From Azolla caroliniana (Eukaryota; Plantae; Polypodiophyta): a stretch of 64,000 bases of DNA. Position 1 is the first letter of the stretch, and each line of letters begins with the position of its first letter. Below the pieces are notes generated by a model. The model worked only from the letters and a program-made list of their open reading frames with translations, did no database searches and was not told where the DNA came from. The position numbers and the translations under genes are program-made. Location: the NCBI GenBank assembly GCA_043228905.1, contig JBHGNT010000006.1:9052001-9116000 (forward strand). The letters run 5' to 3'. Positions 50,071-62,340 of this stretch are shown here, one piece after another.

Positions 50071-51477
50071 ATGTTGTTTGCCGAGTTGACATGCTTCACA
50101 CACTCAGTTGACTCGTTTCGACTTAAAGGCCGGAAGCCCCTTTTTCTAAAGGTTCCTCGGTGGCTTCCATCTTGTTGTCGAAGGTTTGAGTTTCCTTCTT
50201 GAGATAGGTCGAATCAACCTCTTCTACCGCCTCGACCTCGTCCTCGACCACCATCCGAATTCAAGAAGAACATTTGTCCTTCCGACATCTTGGTCTTAGT
50301 TCGGATGTAGTTCTCTTCGATCAATAATATTGATTGGAGGTCGAAGAAGGAAGGAGGGTTTTCTCTCGTTAAGATACTTGTCCTTATCGGGTCGAACCGA
50401 TGTGCGAGGCCACCCAACCATACTTGAATCATCTCGTCTTCGTCGACGTTTACATTGATGGAGCCAAGCGAGTCGCAAATGTTCTTGATCTTGGAAATGT
50501 AGTCCGGCACGAGCATATCTTTTTGTTGTATGTTGTTCAACTCTTGCCGAAGTTGAAGCTTGCGAGCGGTCGTGTTGGCGGCGAAAATTTTCTTCAAGTT
50601 CGCCCACGTTTCTTTAGGTGTCTTGGCGTCTCGAATGTGGCTAAGCATGCGGTCGTGGACACATGTTGCCAAACAATACATTACCCGACCCGCTCCTTGC
50701 TCCCACGTTGGGTAGTTGGCGTTTGTGATGTCGGGTTTGTTTTCAAGTGCATCGGTGATGTAGCTCCAATACCCTTGGCCGACTAGGTATTGGTTCATCT
50801 TGTACTCCCAAGATGAATAATTGCTCCGGTCTAGCTTTTCACTAGGGAGCAAGATACCCATTTGTGTGTTCATGTTGATGTAGTATCTTCTTTCTTGGCT
50901 TTTCTTCCGTCGGTCACATACACGGGCTACGTAGCGGCACTACGGTAGGAGATAGCCGGATTTTTCGTCGGCGTCTCGAACACACAATCACAGAGTCGGG
51001 TGGGCTTAGTGGATGTACTAAACCACACACTCTAATACCATGTTAATAATTAGGTAGTTAACTAGGGTTAATTAGTGTCTACTTTTGTGAGTAGTTGATA
51101 ACGCATCGGAAGATTATGTGATATGTGTGTGAGAGGAAGAGAGAGAAGAAGATACACTTATGAACAATAATATAAATGGGGGATGATTAACAAAAGTGTA
51201 GCTAAAGACCTTTCCTCTATATTAATAATTATCAAGTTACAAAAATACCCACAATGAGGTATATATACTACTCATGTGCAACGGTGCACATGTGTGAGTA
51301 GAATATAGGTACAAGGATGTAAGTCTTATATTAAATATACTTGGTAGTGGAGGATCTAGAATGTATCCCCACTTACGTACAAGTACAAGATCCTATTTAA
51401 GGGTTTACTATCTAGGTAACTACTAAGTTACGTGGTTAACTAAATGGCTAAACTAAGTTGAGCTTGATATTTCAACA
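50071..51477 (-). mobile_element. Copia gag, tRNA-iMet PBS and 5' LTR (51041-51477); probable 5' part of the element at 41082-43794
   Basis: gag ORF EKLDRSNYSSWEYKMNQYLVGQGYW..LRQELNNIQQ..RG-rich; PBS TGGTATTAGAG (minus strand, 51040-51030); LTR TGTTGA...TTAACA. Confidence 0.9.
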
Positions 51478-52087
51478 ATATCTTATAATTTCAGTTTTGT
51501 ATAGTCATCCTTGATTGTTGGTTCTTATACATCCTACTTGGCAAGGGTCTGAGCACTGATATGATGATGATGATGGCTAGCTCCTATGCGTTACGATCGC
51601 TAAGTGGCCACGACATGTTTTGGGTCTCTGAACTTGTAACCTCATCTTGTTTTTTGTCATCCTCTATATGGCTTGTACATGTTGTGTGTGTTTACCTCTC
51701 GTTATTGTAATTGGGTTACTTATAATAGCCACAAGAAATTCCTGGATATGTCAAATATTGGACCTTTTGTCAGAGCCATATGGGTTGTGTCAACAAACTT
51801 GTTTTGCCATTTTGGGCTTCTAAATGCCTTGTAGGTATTGTAAATTTCTGGCATGTAATTTTGTCCACAATATATTGTAGTTTACACAATACAAAGCAAC
51901 ACTTTTTGATAAATTCTTGTATATGCATTGTAGTTTTTTTTCATGCATATTATGCCATAAAAAATCAATCAAACATGTTGCTTCTTTCAATATTACGCCA
52001 TTATTGGGCAAACAGATATATGTCAATAATAGTGCAACAAGAAATTGAAAATTGATGTTAGATATATCTTGTAGAACTTTTATACAT

Positions 52088-55000
52088 TGTCACCTAACTG
52101 GGGAAAGTAATGTTTGCACCGAACTTTGGAAAAAAACATTTGTTTGCACCTAACCCGGGAAAGTAATGTTTTTCTACCTAACCCAGGAAAAAAGTATATT
52201 GTATGCACCTAACCCGGGATCAATTTAATGGATCCATTCACCTAACCCCAGGGCCAGATTCGATCCAACTACGTGCAATGATTCTGTTTCAACGTTTAGA
52301 AAATAGCCACCTCCATCAGACGATTATATGTTGTCGATACAGAAGTAATTAACTCTACCAGAGCTACCATAATCACATGAATTGAATCAAACGATTATAA
52401 TTGCTCTGATTATCATATTATCGCTTTCATTATCATATTACTCCACATGATCACATTACTCTCATTATCATGTTGCTCTCGTTTACACATTGTTCTTGTT
52501 AACACTTTGCTCTCATTTCAAACCTGTGATCATGGATGATTCATGTGGGTTAGCGGATGAAACACAATTTATATTTGAGACAGAAATCGAATTGGAGGAT
52601 TCGTTGTCAGATTAGAAACTTTGATTCAACCAATTGATGGCCAAGGGTTTGTCGATGTCGACATTAACAACGCTTGGATCCCGTCATGTTTTGTTCGCCA
52701 AGGTATTTTGTGTTTAATGAAGGTACGTATGACTTAATGGTGAATGATTTATTAGGACACATAAAGGACCGTTACGATATAATCTTTAAAAGAGGCCACA
52801 AAGGGTGCACCACTCACTAGTATAGAGGTGCATGAAGGCTCAACTAGTATAGAGGTGCATGAAGGCTCAACTCATGCTAAAAAATGAGCATGAACTCTAC
52901 TTAAAGTCATTGACATGTCTAAGGGTATCATATATAGAGCAATGGCGGTCCATCATATTGCACGCACATGAGGGGACATCCCATTACCCACTCTCACAAA
53001 CTATTAAAGAGTTGAAGAAACATTGGGCCATGGATCTTTGCGATCATGAAATAGCTAGTGCATATGTAAAAGCACTAATTGACCAATGTGGATGTCAGAT
53101 CATACAAAAGGTGGATTCTATTTACATGTTAGGCACAAGTGTAAGTAAATATGATAAGACTACAATACCCACATAAGTGATGAAGGTAGAAGCTAGTAAG
53201 TTAGATGATACTCTAGTGGAGATACAAATCAAGTATCATACATGCTTGCATAGAGGAGTCCCAAAAGGCAAGTGTGCGACTAGATATGATTGTCATCGCA
53301 TAGGTGTGCCTCGACGAGTGGTTGGATGCTCTCGCTTGCGCAAGGGTTCAAAGCATTCTGGATGTAGTTTTCATTTGAATGTAAGAGTGAATGAAGGGGA
53401 TAAACATGGGATGTCATTCGGGTCATGTCCTAGGAACGAGATTTGACGTGTACCACTTGCTGGTCCATCCTAATGTAATAGAATGTTGTAAAGATGACCT
53501 TTTTGATGTTGGTTGTGCCAAGCATGTTGCCCAGTTGAGCATGTAAAAAGAAGCATCCACAAGTCCAAGGCTACTCCATTAGAACTTGTCACTTTTAGAT
53601 TCTTTATGATACCAAAGGAGGTACATAACATGGCCAATACGTTAAAAATAGGAAGTGCATTGTCAAAAGTTGATTGGTCTTTGATGATGCAAGATACCTA
53701 TGCACTCTGAGATTTAGGCAAAGTGGCACATGTCCAACCATACTTGCATGGTCAAATGGATCTCCAGCTCGACAACCATTTATCTTGATACTTAAAGATA
53801 AATGGATGTTGGAAATGTGTGAGTGATTGTCGTAAAACAACTCTTGCGCAATCGACTCCACATTTAAAACTAATCAATTCGAGCTCCCATTATATGCAGC
53901 TGTTACACCAAATGCCATGGGAATAGAGATCCCACTATGGTATATGATACAAAGTTTTGATAAGGGCTCAAATCATGAGCAAGTGGCATTAGAAATCTGC
54001 GTGAAAGTCATATTTGCTAGGATGCGATAGTCATTGATAAATCTTGGACATCATATAATGCCATATCTAATGTAATTTCTTGTTGAGAGATCAAGCTCAA
54101 CTTAGTTTAGTTAGTTAGTCAACACATGTAACTTAGTAGTTACCTAGATAGAATCTAGTTAGCGTGTTGACCATAAAGCCTTAAATAGGATTTTGTACTT
54201 GAGTGGGATACATTGTAGATCCACCACTCCATGCTCATTTAATATAGGACTTACACGTTGTACCTATATTCTCCTAGCACATGTGCACCCTTGCACATGA
54301 AACCTATATATACCTCATTGAAGGTATTTTTGTATTTTGATGAAAGTTGATGATATTTACCTTTTAATATACGTTATCATCCCCCGTCTTGTTTTTGTGT
54401 TCATAAGTGTACTTCTCTCTCTCTTCCTCTCACGCACACATACACGCACATATCACTTAATCTTCCGCTACGTAATCACTTAACTTAATCACATAATTAG
54501 GTAATAATTATTCCTTAATTAATTACCTAATCCTTAACATTTCTCAAGGCCATGAATCTTGGATTGTCGCAAACGGTGAATGCTCACAAACATGTTGTCG
54601 TCTTTTATTGTGTCACTTCCATGCTAAAAAATCATGGGTTGACAACTTGTTGCCCAAAGTGAGTCTTGCCGAAAGAAACCCCCTCTATCAAAGGATGTGC
54701 CAACTCATGCATTGCATTAGAGAATCATCCTTCAATGCTATGTGTGAGGAGGTAAGGCAAGAATACTCAAACAAAGCTGGAGTTTGGCAATATATCTAAG
54801 GTGGATGGTGTGGACAAACTTGTGTTTCGAGGAGTCTATGGCCCAAGTTTGGTAGACTATTCAATTATGGACATATTGACACTACCAATATTGTGGAGAG
54901 ACATTGGCAATTTCTCAAGTACATTGCCTTAAGGGGAAGAATAAATCGTTCTATTACTGATCTTGTGCATGTCATAATCGGGGACAATGTCTTTGGCACT

Positions 55001-56285
55001 TGCATCACGGGACCGTGGTGGAATGGTACATGCAACAACAAGAGATATGTGAGAGTGGTATATTCTAACCCTGTGGAAATTGTAAGGATCAAAGGTCAAA
55101 ACTTAAAGAGGCTAAGAGGATACTAGAAAGGTATGTGACTGATAGCAACTCAATGCATATTGTGGACGAGGCCCGATATTGGTTTCTAATATTGTCAAAC
55201 ATGACCACTCCCACTGTATGGTACACTGTCTCACTCCAATGTTCATATTGTGATTGCCAAGACTTTGCAAGTAAATGTAAGCATTTGCTTGCCATTCGGA
55301 TGATCATTGAGAGACATATGCCATCGTTACGTGGATCATTACCATTTATAGATCATGCAACCCAAATGAGAATGGATGATGCCACAATGGATAGAGAACT
55401 AGAGTTGACACAAGAAGCAGAAGTCAAGATGAATGTAGAAGTTGACGAAAGGGAAGAAATAAAGTTAGAAGCACATCAAACTATGGAAGCACTTCAACTT
55501 CTCGAGCAATGAATAGTGTGGCTCTTGAGCGTTGCTGACAACACATGGTAGATTTTTGAACGAAATTGCTCTTATTTATGGGTGCATTGACAACAACCAA
55601 TATGGCATCGGGAGGTTCAATAAATCGAAAGCAAAAAATTGGTGTGAAAAGAGGAGCCACACTCAACATTTCACAAGAACTTATTGGCAGCTCCCTAAAC
55701 ATGACCAAAACACACACCAACAAGACTACAGAGAGATGCTCATCATGCTAAGAGGCGGTTGCCAATATGTGACATTGAGAAGGTTTGGTGTTTGCATTGT
55801 GATGGTTTGGCATTGACTTCAAGAGACTCCAATGAAAATTGCTACAAAAATTGTGGGTGTATCTTGCCATCCTTTGAACAAGAACCTTGATCTTGATCTC
55901 ATAGTTTTTTATTACATTATATCATGTGATTTTTATATGTAAAATCGTGCAATCTTGTACTTTTGAAAAAGTTTTTGATATTTTTGAGTAATCTTGAGAA
56001 ATTTAAAGTGGGTATCCGCGTTAGATTTAGGTGTGGGGTTAGGTTTAGGTACATGGGTTAGGTTCATGTACCCGGGTTAGGTTTAGGTGTTACAAAATAA
56101 CTTGTTAGAGTTGGGTTAGGTGTGATAGAGGCTTGGCAGACCCGAGTTAGATGTGACAGATCCGATTGTCAAACCCGGATTAGATGTGACAGAGGCTCGT
56201 CAGACCCAGATTAAATGTGACAGATCCGATTGTTAGAAGTGGGTTAGATGTGGTAGAGGCTTGTCAGGCCTGGGTTGGGTTTTAG
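52088..56285 (+). mobile_element. Decayed Mutator-like (MULE, SWIM-finger) DNA transposon with inverted subterminal repeat arrays; ends approximate
   Basis: IDSTFKTNQFELPLY (first catalytic D, ~53850-53895), CHFH, TTNIVERHW (E), SWIM CDCQDFASKCKH, and a FAR1/WRKY-like C..R.G..SKHSGC.F. CACCTAACCCGGG repeats at 52088-52252 are mirrored as CCCGGGTTAGGT/GTTAGATGTGAC at 56035-56285. Confidence 0.8.
54081..54539 (+). mobile_element. Solo LTR of a copia family related to 51041-51477, inserted in the MULE transposase
   Basis: TGTTGAG...TTAACA flanked by 5-bp TSD TTTCT (54076-54080, 54540-54544); colinear with the reverse complement of 51041-51477. Confidence 0.93.
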
Positions 56286-56513
56286 GCGTGCGCTTTTTGT
56301 GGATAGAGATTGAACGGTGCAGATCGCAGGCGCCATTCAAAACGTGTCATGGACCGTCCGTGTCAACGATTTCCTCACCACCGGGTCTAATTAAGATCTG
56401 GTCGCAAATAGAAACGATACATACATGCATGCATGCATAAATACATACTCACTTCATTCTCATTCTCTCGGAGCCTTGCGCTTACGTGTTAAAACCAACG
56501 TATGTATATAGGC

Positions 56514-56545
<32 letters not shown>

Positions 56546-56646
56546 TGTATCAGTATATTTCAGGAGTTCCGGTATCCATCATCTCCATCTCTTTCTCGAT
56601 CTTCTTCTCTCTTTACATACATACATATGTACATATATGTGCAGCC

Positions 56647-57469
56647 ATGCCGATCGTTGTCAAGGTAAACCCTCTCGCTGTCTCTGTTCTGTGCTCCTTT
56701 CTTTGCGCTTTCGTTTTGGAAGATGGATGGCTTTCTCCATTTCGGGTTTCTGTTTAATGAGCGACCCCCCCCCCCCCCCCCCCCCCCCAAGTGTCAGTGA
56801 AGAGCTCCCGCTTTGATATAATGGCTTTACAATAGCCTGAAGAATCAAGGAGGGGTTTTCTGTGTTTCTAATTGACCTGTTAAGATGAATATTTTAGGGC
56901 TCCACATATTCTTTTGGCATTCAGGTCTTCAATAATGATTCAAGAGCAGTATCCCGTTTTGTGCCTGATATAAAATTTGTGGAACTAGGGTTTCTGGGAA
57001 TCAATGAGTTTGGAGAGGACTTATTATGTGACAAATCACAGTCACGAGAATGGACAGTTCCTTCCAACGTGAGAAATATGAGCCAAATGAGCTCTTCCCC
57101 ACATAGAGAAATTATTGCAAAGTTCTTGTTTAAAATGTGAATGTAGGGTTTCTTAGAAATCAAGAAGTTTTCATGTGAATTATGTGGATTTAGATTTTCT
57201 TAGAATGGAATGATGTTGGATTTCTGATTGTGTGAATAAAGCAAATCTCAAGACCTGATTGGGATTGTGTGACCAAGCCAAGGTTATTGTAGGGATTATG
57301 GGTATTGGAATGCGTGTATATTATTTGAAGTTTATAGGTTCTTCACATCAATGCAAATTATGTAGTGGCAGGCTTTAGGGCAAGCCATAAAGGATCTGAA
57401 CTTGAAATAAATCTTGAAATTTCATGGGAATTCCTATTTTATAAATTGATGTCTGTTTAGCGCGTGCGT

Positions 57470-57512
<43 letters not shown>

Positions 57513-60500
57513 TATTCATATGCTCATTTCTGTGTTTCTTTATATGAATTGAGTTCTGATGCATCACATTTAGAATTTTATGGGATTATGTCAACCTATG
57601 TGTGCTCTTGTCTGGCCAGAATTCCATGTTTGAGTTATAGGATGCTCATGTGTATATTGTCTGTACCCTAACAGATAAAGTATGAGGAGACCCTCCGTAG
57701 ATGGGTTGTTCCTGAAGAAGCGTCAAACGAACTTCCATTCTCCCTCACTCTACAAACTTTGAAATCGAAGATAAGGGATCTGTTTAACCTCTCCCCATTT
57801 ACCCCTCTCAATATCACTTATGTCGACAAAGAAAATGATGTGATAACTCTCGGTGATGATCAAGACATTGTTGATGCATGTGTTGTTCAACAATTAAATC
57901 CACTCCGACTAGAGGTTCGAGTTCCTAGTGAGCAGCAAAGCTGTAAAGGAAAAGCTCATGATGCTAGCCCCTCTATGATCGGGAAGAACAATGACAATGA
58001 CAATAACAGGAACAAGAATACCAGTAATAGTGGTAGTGGTAATTATAATTTGGATATTGAAACTCTTTTGAAAGCCCTTCCTCCTCAAGCAACTGTTGAT
58101 TCGATAAAGACTCTTTTGCAAACTCACATTACCCAATTTGTTGATCCAAAGTTAACCATAGAGCTTCTGAATAAAGCCGAAGAATTGTTTAAAGGTGTTA
58201 TGAACAGCTTGAATAATAGCTCAAAAGTTTGTAAACCTGAAAAGAATAGTAGGTCCAATGGTGATGAACAGTATGCCTCATCGTACAACCCCAGGGAGAA
58301 ACATTATAAGGAAACGAGAGAAAAAGATGTCCCTGAACCAACAGTCCATCCAGGAGTGATGTGTGATCGGTGTGACATGTCTCCAATTGCAGGCCCTAGG
58401 TACAAATCAACAAAGTAAGTTGTGAATCTTGCAAGGTTTGAATTTGAATACTGTATAGCATCTTAGGAGTGGATTTGAATCAGTTGACTGAACTTTTAGG
58501 AATTTAGAAGTGAATCCTAAACATCTGATTGAATTTCAGGGGTAAGTTAGATTCCGATTGGAATTTTCCCACATTTAGTACTGAATGGAATCTTGGTTAA
58601 ATGTTTAGGATGAGAACTATTGATCACCATCCCAACTCTGTATGCAGGATGTTCGATTATGATCTCTGCTCCAACTGTTTTGAAGCAGATGGGAGTAAAA
58701 CCGATTATCAGAAGCTCGATCATCCAGTGTCTCATCCTTACTTCCACAGTCACCATCCTGATCGATATCACCATTCTTACCGAGGTCCTAGCAAAAGGGG
58801 AGCGGTAAGAATGTATATCTTTAATCTGTCTGACCATATGATTGTATCATATTCTATAATTTGATGTTAGTCTGTCCGTATGTTCTATTGCATCCAATAA
58901 TGTGATATTGTCACTCCATCCATACTATTGACCTTATTGCATTTTGTAGGAAGCTGATATTGACTTGGTGTGTGCATTGATTGCAGCCGCGGCCATACAT
59001 GGTACCACAGTTTAAGAATGTGTTCTCACGTGGGTCTAATGGTTTGAAATTTAACTTTCCATCTGGAGTTCATGGGAGTAGCAGTTCTTCTTGCCCAGCC
59101 TTCAGTGGCGAAGAGCACAGGAAGCTTGATGCAAGGTTAGTGAAGGATGTGTCCATCTTTGATGGAACTGAGCTTTCTCCTAAAACCAAGATCACTAAGA
59201 TTTGGCGGGTATCCAATAGTGGAGCTATAGCATGGCCAAGAGGCATTCAGTTGGTGCACATCGAAGGTGATAATTTTTCTACTGAGGATGTGGTGAATGT
59301 TGAGGTATTGTGCTGATTAAACCTTAAGCTGCTCTTAGGTTTTGCTAGAAAGGCATGGATAACTGTTATAGAATACTAGGACGGGTTCTTCATCATAGGG
59401 TTCAGAGGCAGGATATTTGTGACATGAACATAATACCACTATAGCTGATAGCCTCATAAAAGGCAAACTTACTGTATTATGGTAGTAAGGGGGCAGGCTA
59501 TAAAAAGTGACAGTTGGGAGGGGGAAATAGGGCAATGAGACAAGGCCATTATATTATATTATCAGAGCACTGTGCATGCTCTAAATGTTGATAATAGTTG
59601 TGAGGTGAATCTCGTTCGCTATTTCAACATTCTGAGCTGAGCTTAAGCTCGTTTGTTTTGTGTCTTATGCAGCTACCTGAGGGTGGGCTTGCTTGTGGAG
59701 AAGATGTGGAGGTATCGATTGACCTCATGGTGCCTGAGAAGGCGGGGTGGTATGTCTCTCATTGGTGCTTGGCATCACCATTTGGACAGAAGTTTGGTCA
59801 TAGGCTTTGGGTTGTTATTCAAGTGGTTCCTGCTGGGGAACAATCCCCTCAGTTGCAGGAGTCATTGAAGAGTGATGACCACATGGAAGTGGCACTCGAA
59901 GAAGAAACTTTGAATGAAGTGAATAACTCGTCGGTTGCAAACCCACTTATCCTGGTTAATGAGATTAATGACTATTCACAACCTCTCGATGCCAAGGCTA
60001 TAAATCCTGGCTCTGAAGTCAGCAAGGATAAGGAGGAAGAGGAAGCTTCTACATCTACTCTTAATCTTATTGATATGGCTAGCAGTGAGCCTTTGGCCCC
60101 AGAAGCTCATCTTGCAGTTGATGACTTTCTGTATGTGAAGGCTGATTTTGATGATGGGTTCTCTCTTGTGGAAAAGCCAACAGAAAAGGCAGATTGGATT
60201 GGTTTATCTCCAAAAGATGGTTTTGATTTGGAAGATATGAAGGAAGAGATGGAGCCAATAGAGAGTGTTTTGGTAAAAGAAGCTGAGGCAGAAACAATGG
60301 GGAAAGGAGGCCTTGTTGACAAGGTTGATGTGATGGAACAAATGCATTTGCAATCATTGGAATCTATGGGCTTCTCAAACCGGAATTTGAACTGTCTTTT
60401 GTTGCAAAAGAATGACCATAATTTGCAGAAAACTGTGGATGACCTCTTAGCTGCTTCTGGATGAGATGTAGCTCTCAAAGATCTGGAGGAAATGGTATGA

Positions 60501-60972
60501 AATGAGATACTATCATCACATTTAGTTCTTTCTTTTTACCATTTTTGCATTTAGTTGATTGCCAGTGGAACACTTTTTCTTGTTACTATTTTCACATTTG
60601 CTAATTCTTAATGAAAATACACTCTCTTTGGACCAATATCACATTCAATTGATATCCTTATCGAACAATTCCCTAAAACACTTCTTTTAACAAATTTTGC
60701 ACATGCAGTCTCGGGAAGTGTTTGGAGAATCCAACCAATAAGAGAATTTTTTTTACATCAGAATGATTCTTATTAAGAGACATATTTTGATTATTGTTAC
60801 CCCATTTTTGCATTATTTGTTGACACTTACAGTATTGATGCTTCTTTTTTCTTTTCTTTTTTTGCTGTTGCAGGGATTTACTGACCAATTGATGAATATA
60901 CGGATTTTGGTGAAGAATAAGGGGAGCATCAAGAGGGCTGTGAAGGATTTGGTGAACTTGGAAAAGCTTTAG
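56647..60972 (+). pseudogene. NBR1: NBR1 paralogue copy B: six exons (56647-56664, 57675-58414, 58648-58804, 58987-59304, 59673-60494, 60874-60972) with premature TGA at 60462-60464 (674-aa truncated product or young pseudogene)
   Basis: Same exon phases and domains as copy A and all splice sites intact. AASG*DVALKDLEEM versus AAAGWDGALKDLEEM in copy A. Confidence 0.88.
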
Positions 60973-61083
60973 GATTTGGTGAACTTGGAGAAGCCTGTCT
61001 TGGAGTCATGTGGATTTTCTTGCATGATAAAGTTTGAGCTTGGGAGTTTAGTTCAAAAGCTACTGATAATGTTTGTGTACTTA

Positions 61084-61695
61084 TCCTGGTTGTACTGGAA
61101 TATTTTAGACTTGAGAGCTTGTGATCTCATTACAATATGTCTATCTTGTGTTCTTAATTTGTATATCCACTTTCCACACTATCAATCTAAATCACCAATG
61201 CTATATGATGTTTATACAACTCCTGGTTCTACTGGAATATTTTAGACCTGAGAGATTGTGATCTCATTACAATGTCTATATTGTATTCTTAATGTGTATA
61301 TCCGTTTTCCACACTCATCAATCTAAATCACCAGTGCTATATGATGTTTATACAACTCCTGTTGTTTGGTCTTGTAGTGTAGACCTTTCAGGTTTAAGAT
61401 GATATAAGCTTGTTTCTATGTCAGTTTTTCTTAATTTGTATCAGGTTTCCACACTAGTTATCAATTTAACTCACCAATGTTTTATGGTGTTTATACAACT
61501 GCTGCTGTTATTTGGTCATGAAATATAGCCCTTTTCAGTTTAAGATGATGCGAGCTTGTTTTAAATTCACTTTCCCACCATGTATCAATACTTTCATTAT
61601 TGATCATGTGTTCTTAATTTGTGTATTGGCTTTCCACTCTTCGTATCAATTTAATCACCAATGTTTTATGATGCATACCTATACAATTCCTTGTA
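61084..61695 (+). repeat. ~137-bp diverging tandem repeat (about 4 copies) downstream of NBR1-B
   Basis: tactggaatattttagac...ttccacact..atcaat.taa.tcacca.tg.t.tatg.tgtttatacaact recurs at ~61093, 61230, ~61380 and ~61540; a single related block is present 3' of copy A (~35470-35600, minus strand). Confidence 0.8.
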
Positions 61696-61959
61696 TGTAA
61701 TGCTGATTATTTGGGTAGTCCAGTGGGTGTATGAGCCTGCCCCAAGACCTTAGTGTATAATGTTTGGTAAAGGATAAAGTATAAAATAGGAAACCAACTT
61801 TTGTATGACTTTCAAAGCCCAATGGGGATGGCAACTTGTTGAACAACTATAAAGTTTGTCAAATAAATAGCTATATATAGTCTAATGTAACACAGAGAAG
61901 TGTGAGAATTGGTTTTGACTACATGTGAGATTGAGTGTAATTTCTTCTATAAAATCTTT

Positions 61960-62340
61960 TGTGGTATTATAAACAAGAGTGTCTTTCCCATGGATGATCA
62001 TCAAGATGATGATTGAGACATTATGGATTCATATAAATCCACTTGAACGTCAAGTCTTTCCCATCAATAATGATTGCGACAATGTGGATTTGTTTATCCT
62101 CCTTAAGTAGGAAGATAAAGCTGATGCGAAGAACAATTTGTGACAATAAAAATAATAGTAATGATATTCTTCATGTGGATATTGGAACCGTGGTATTGAA
62201 AGTTGTCCCCCTCATTCAACCGACAACACCACCCAATCAGCCAAATAGAGAGGTTCTGAGTAAAGACCAAGTATTATTTAGAGAGGTTTTGAATAAAACC
62301 AATGCGGCTTTATCAGTTGTTTTGAACAAATTGTGTAGGT
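61960..62340 (+). pseudogene. Third, decayed NBR1 exon-2 relic
   Basis: NDILHVDIGTVVLKVVP and EVLNKTNAALSVVLNK align with copy A NDIPNVDIENLLKAVFP and EVLDKANESLKEVLNN; upstream gatgatcatcaagat and taaatccact..caagtc echo the PB1 end. Confidence 0.6.
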
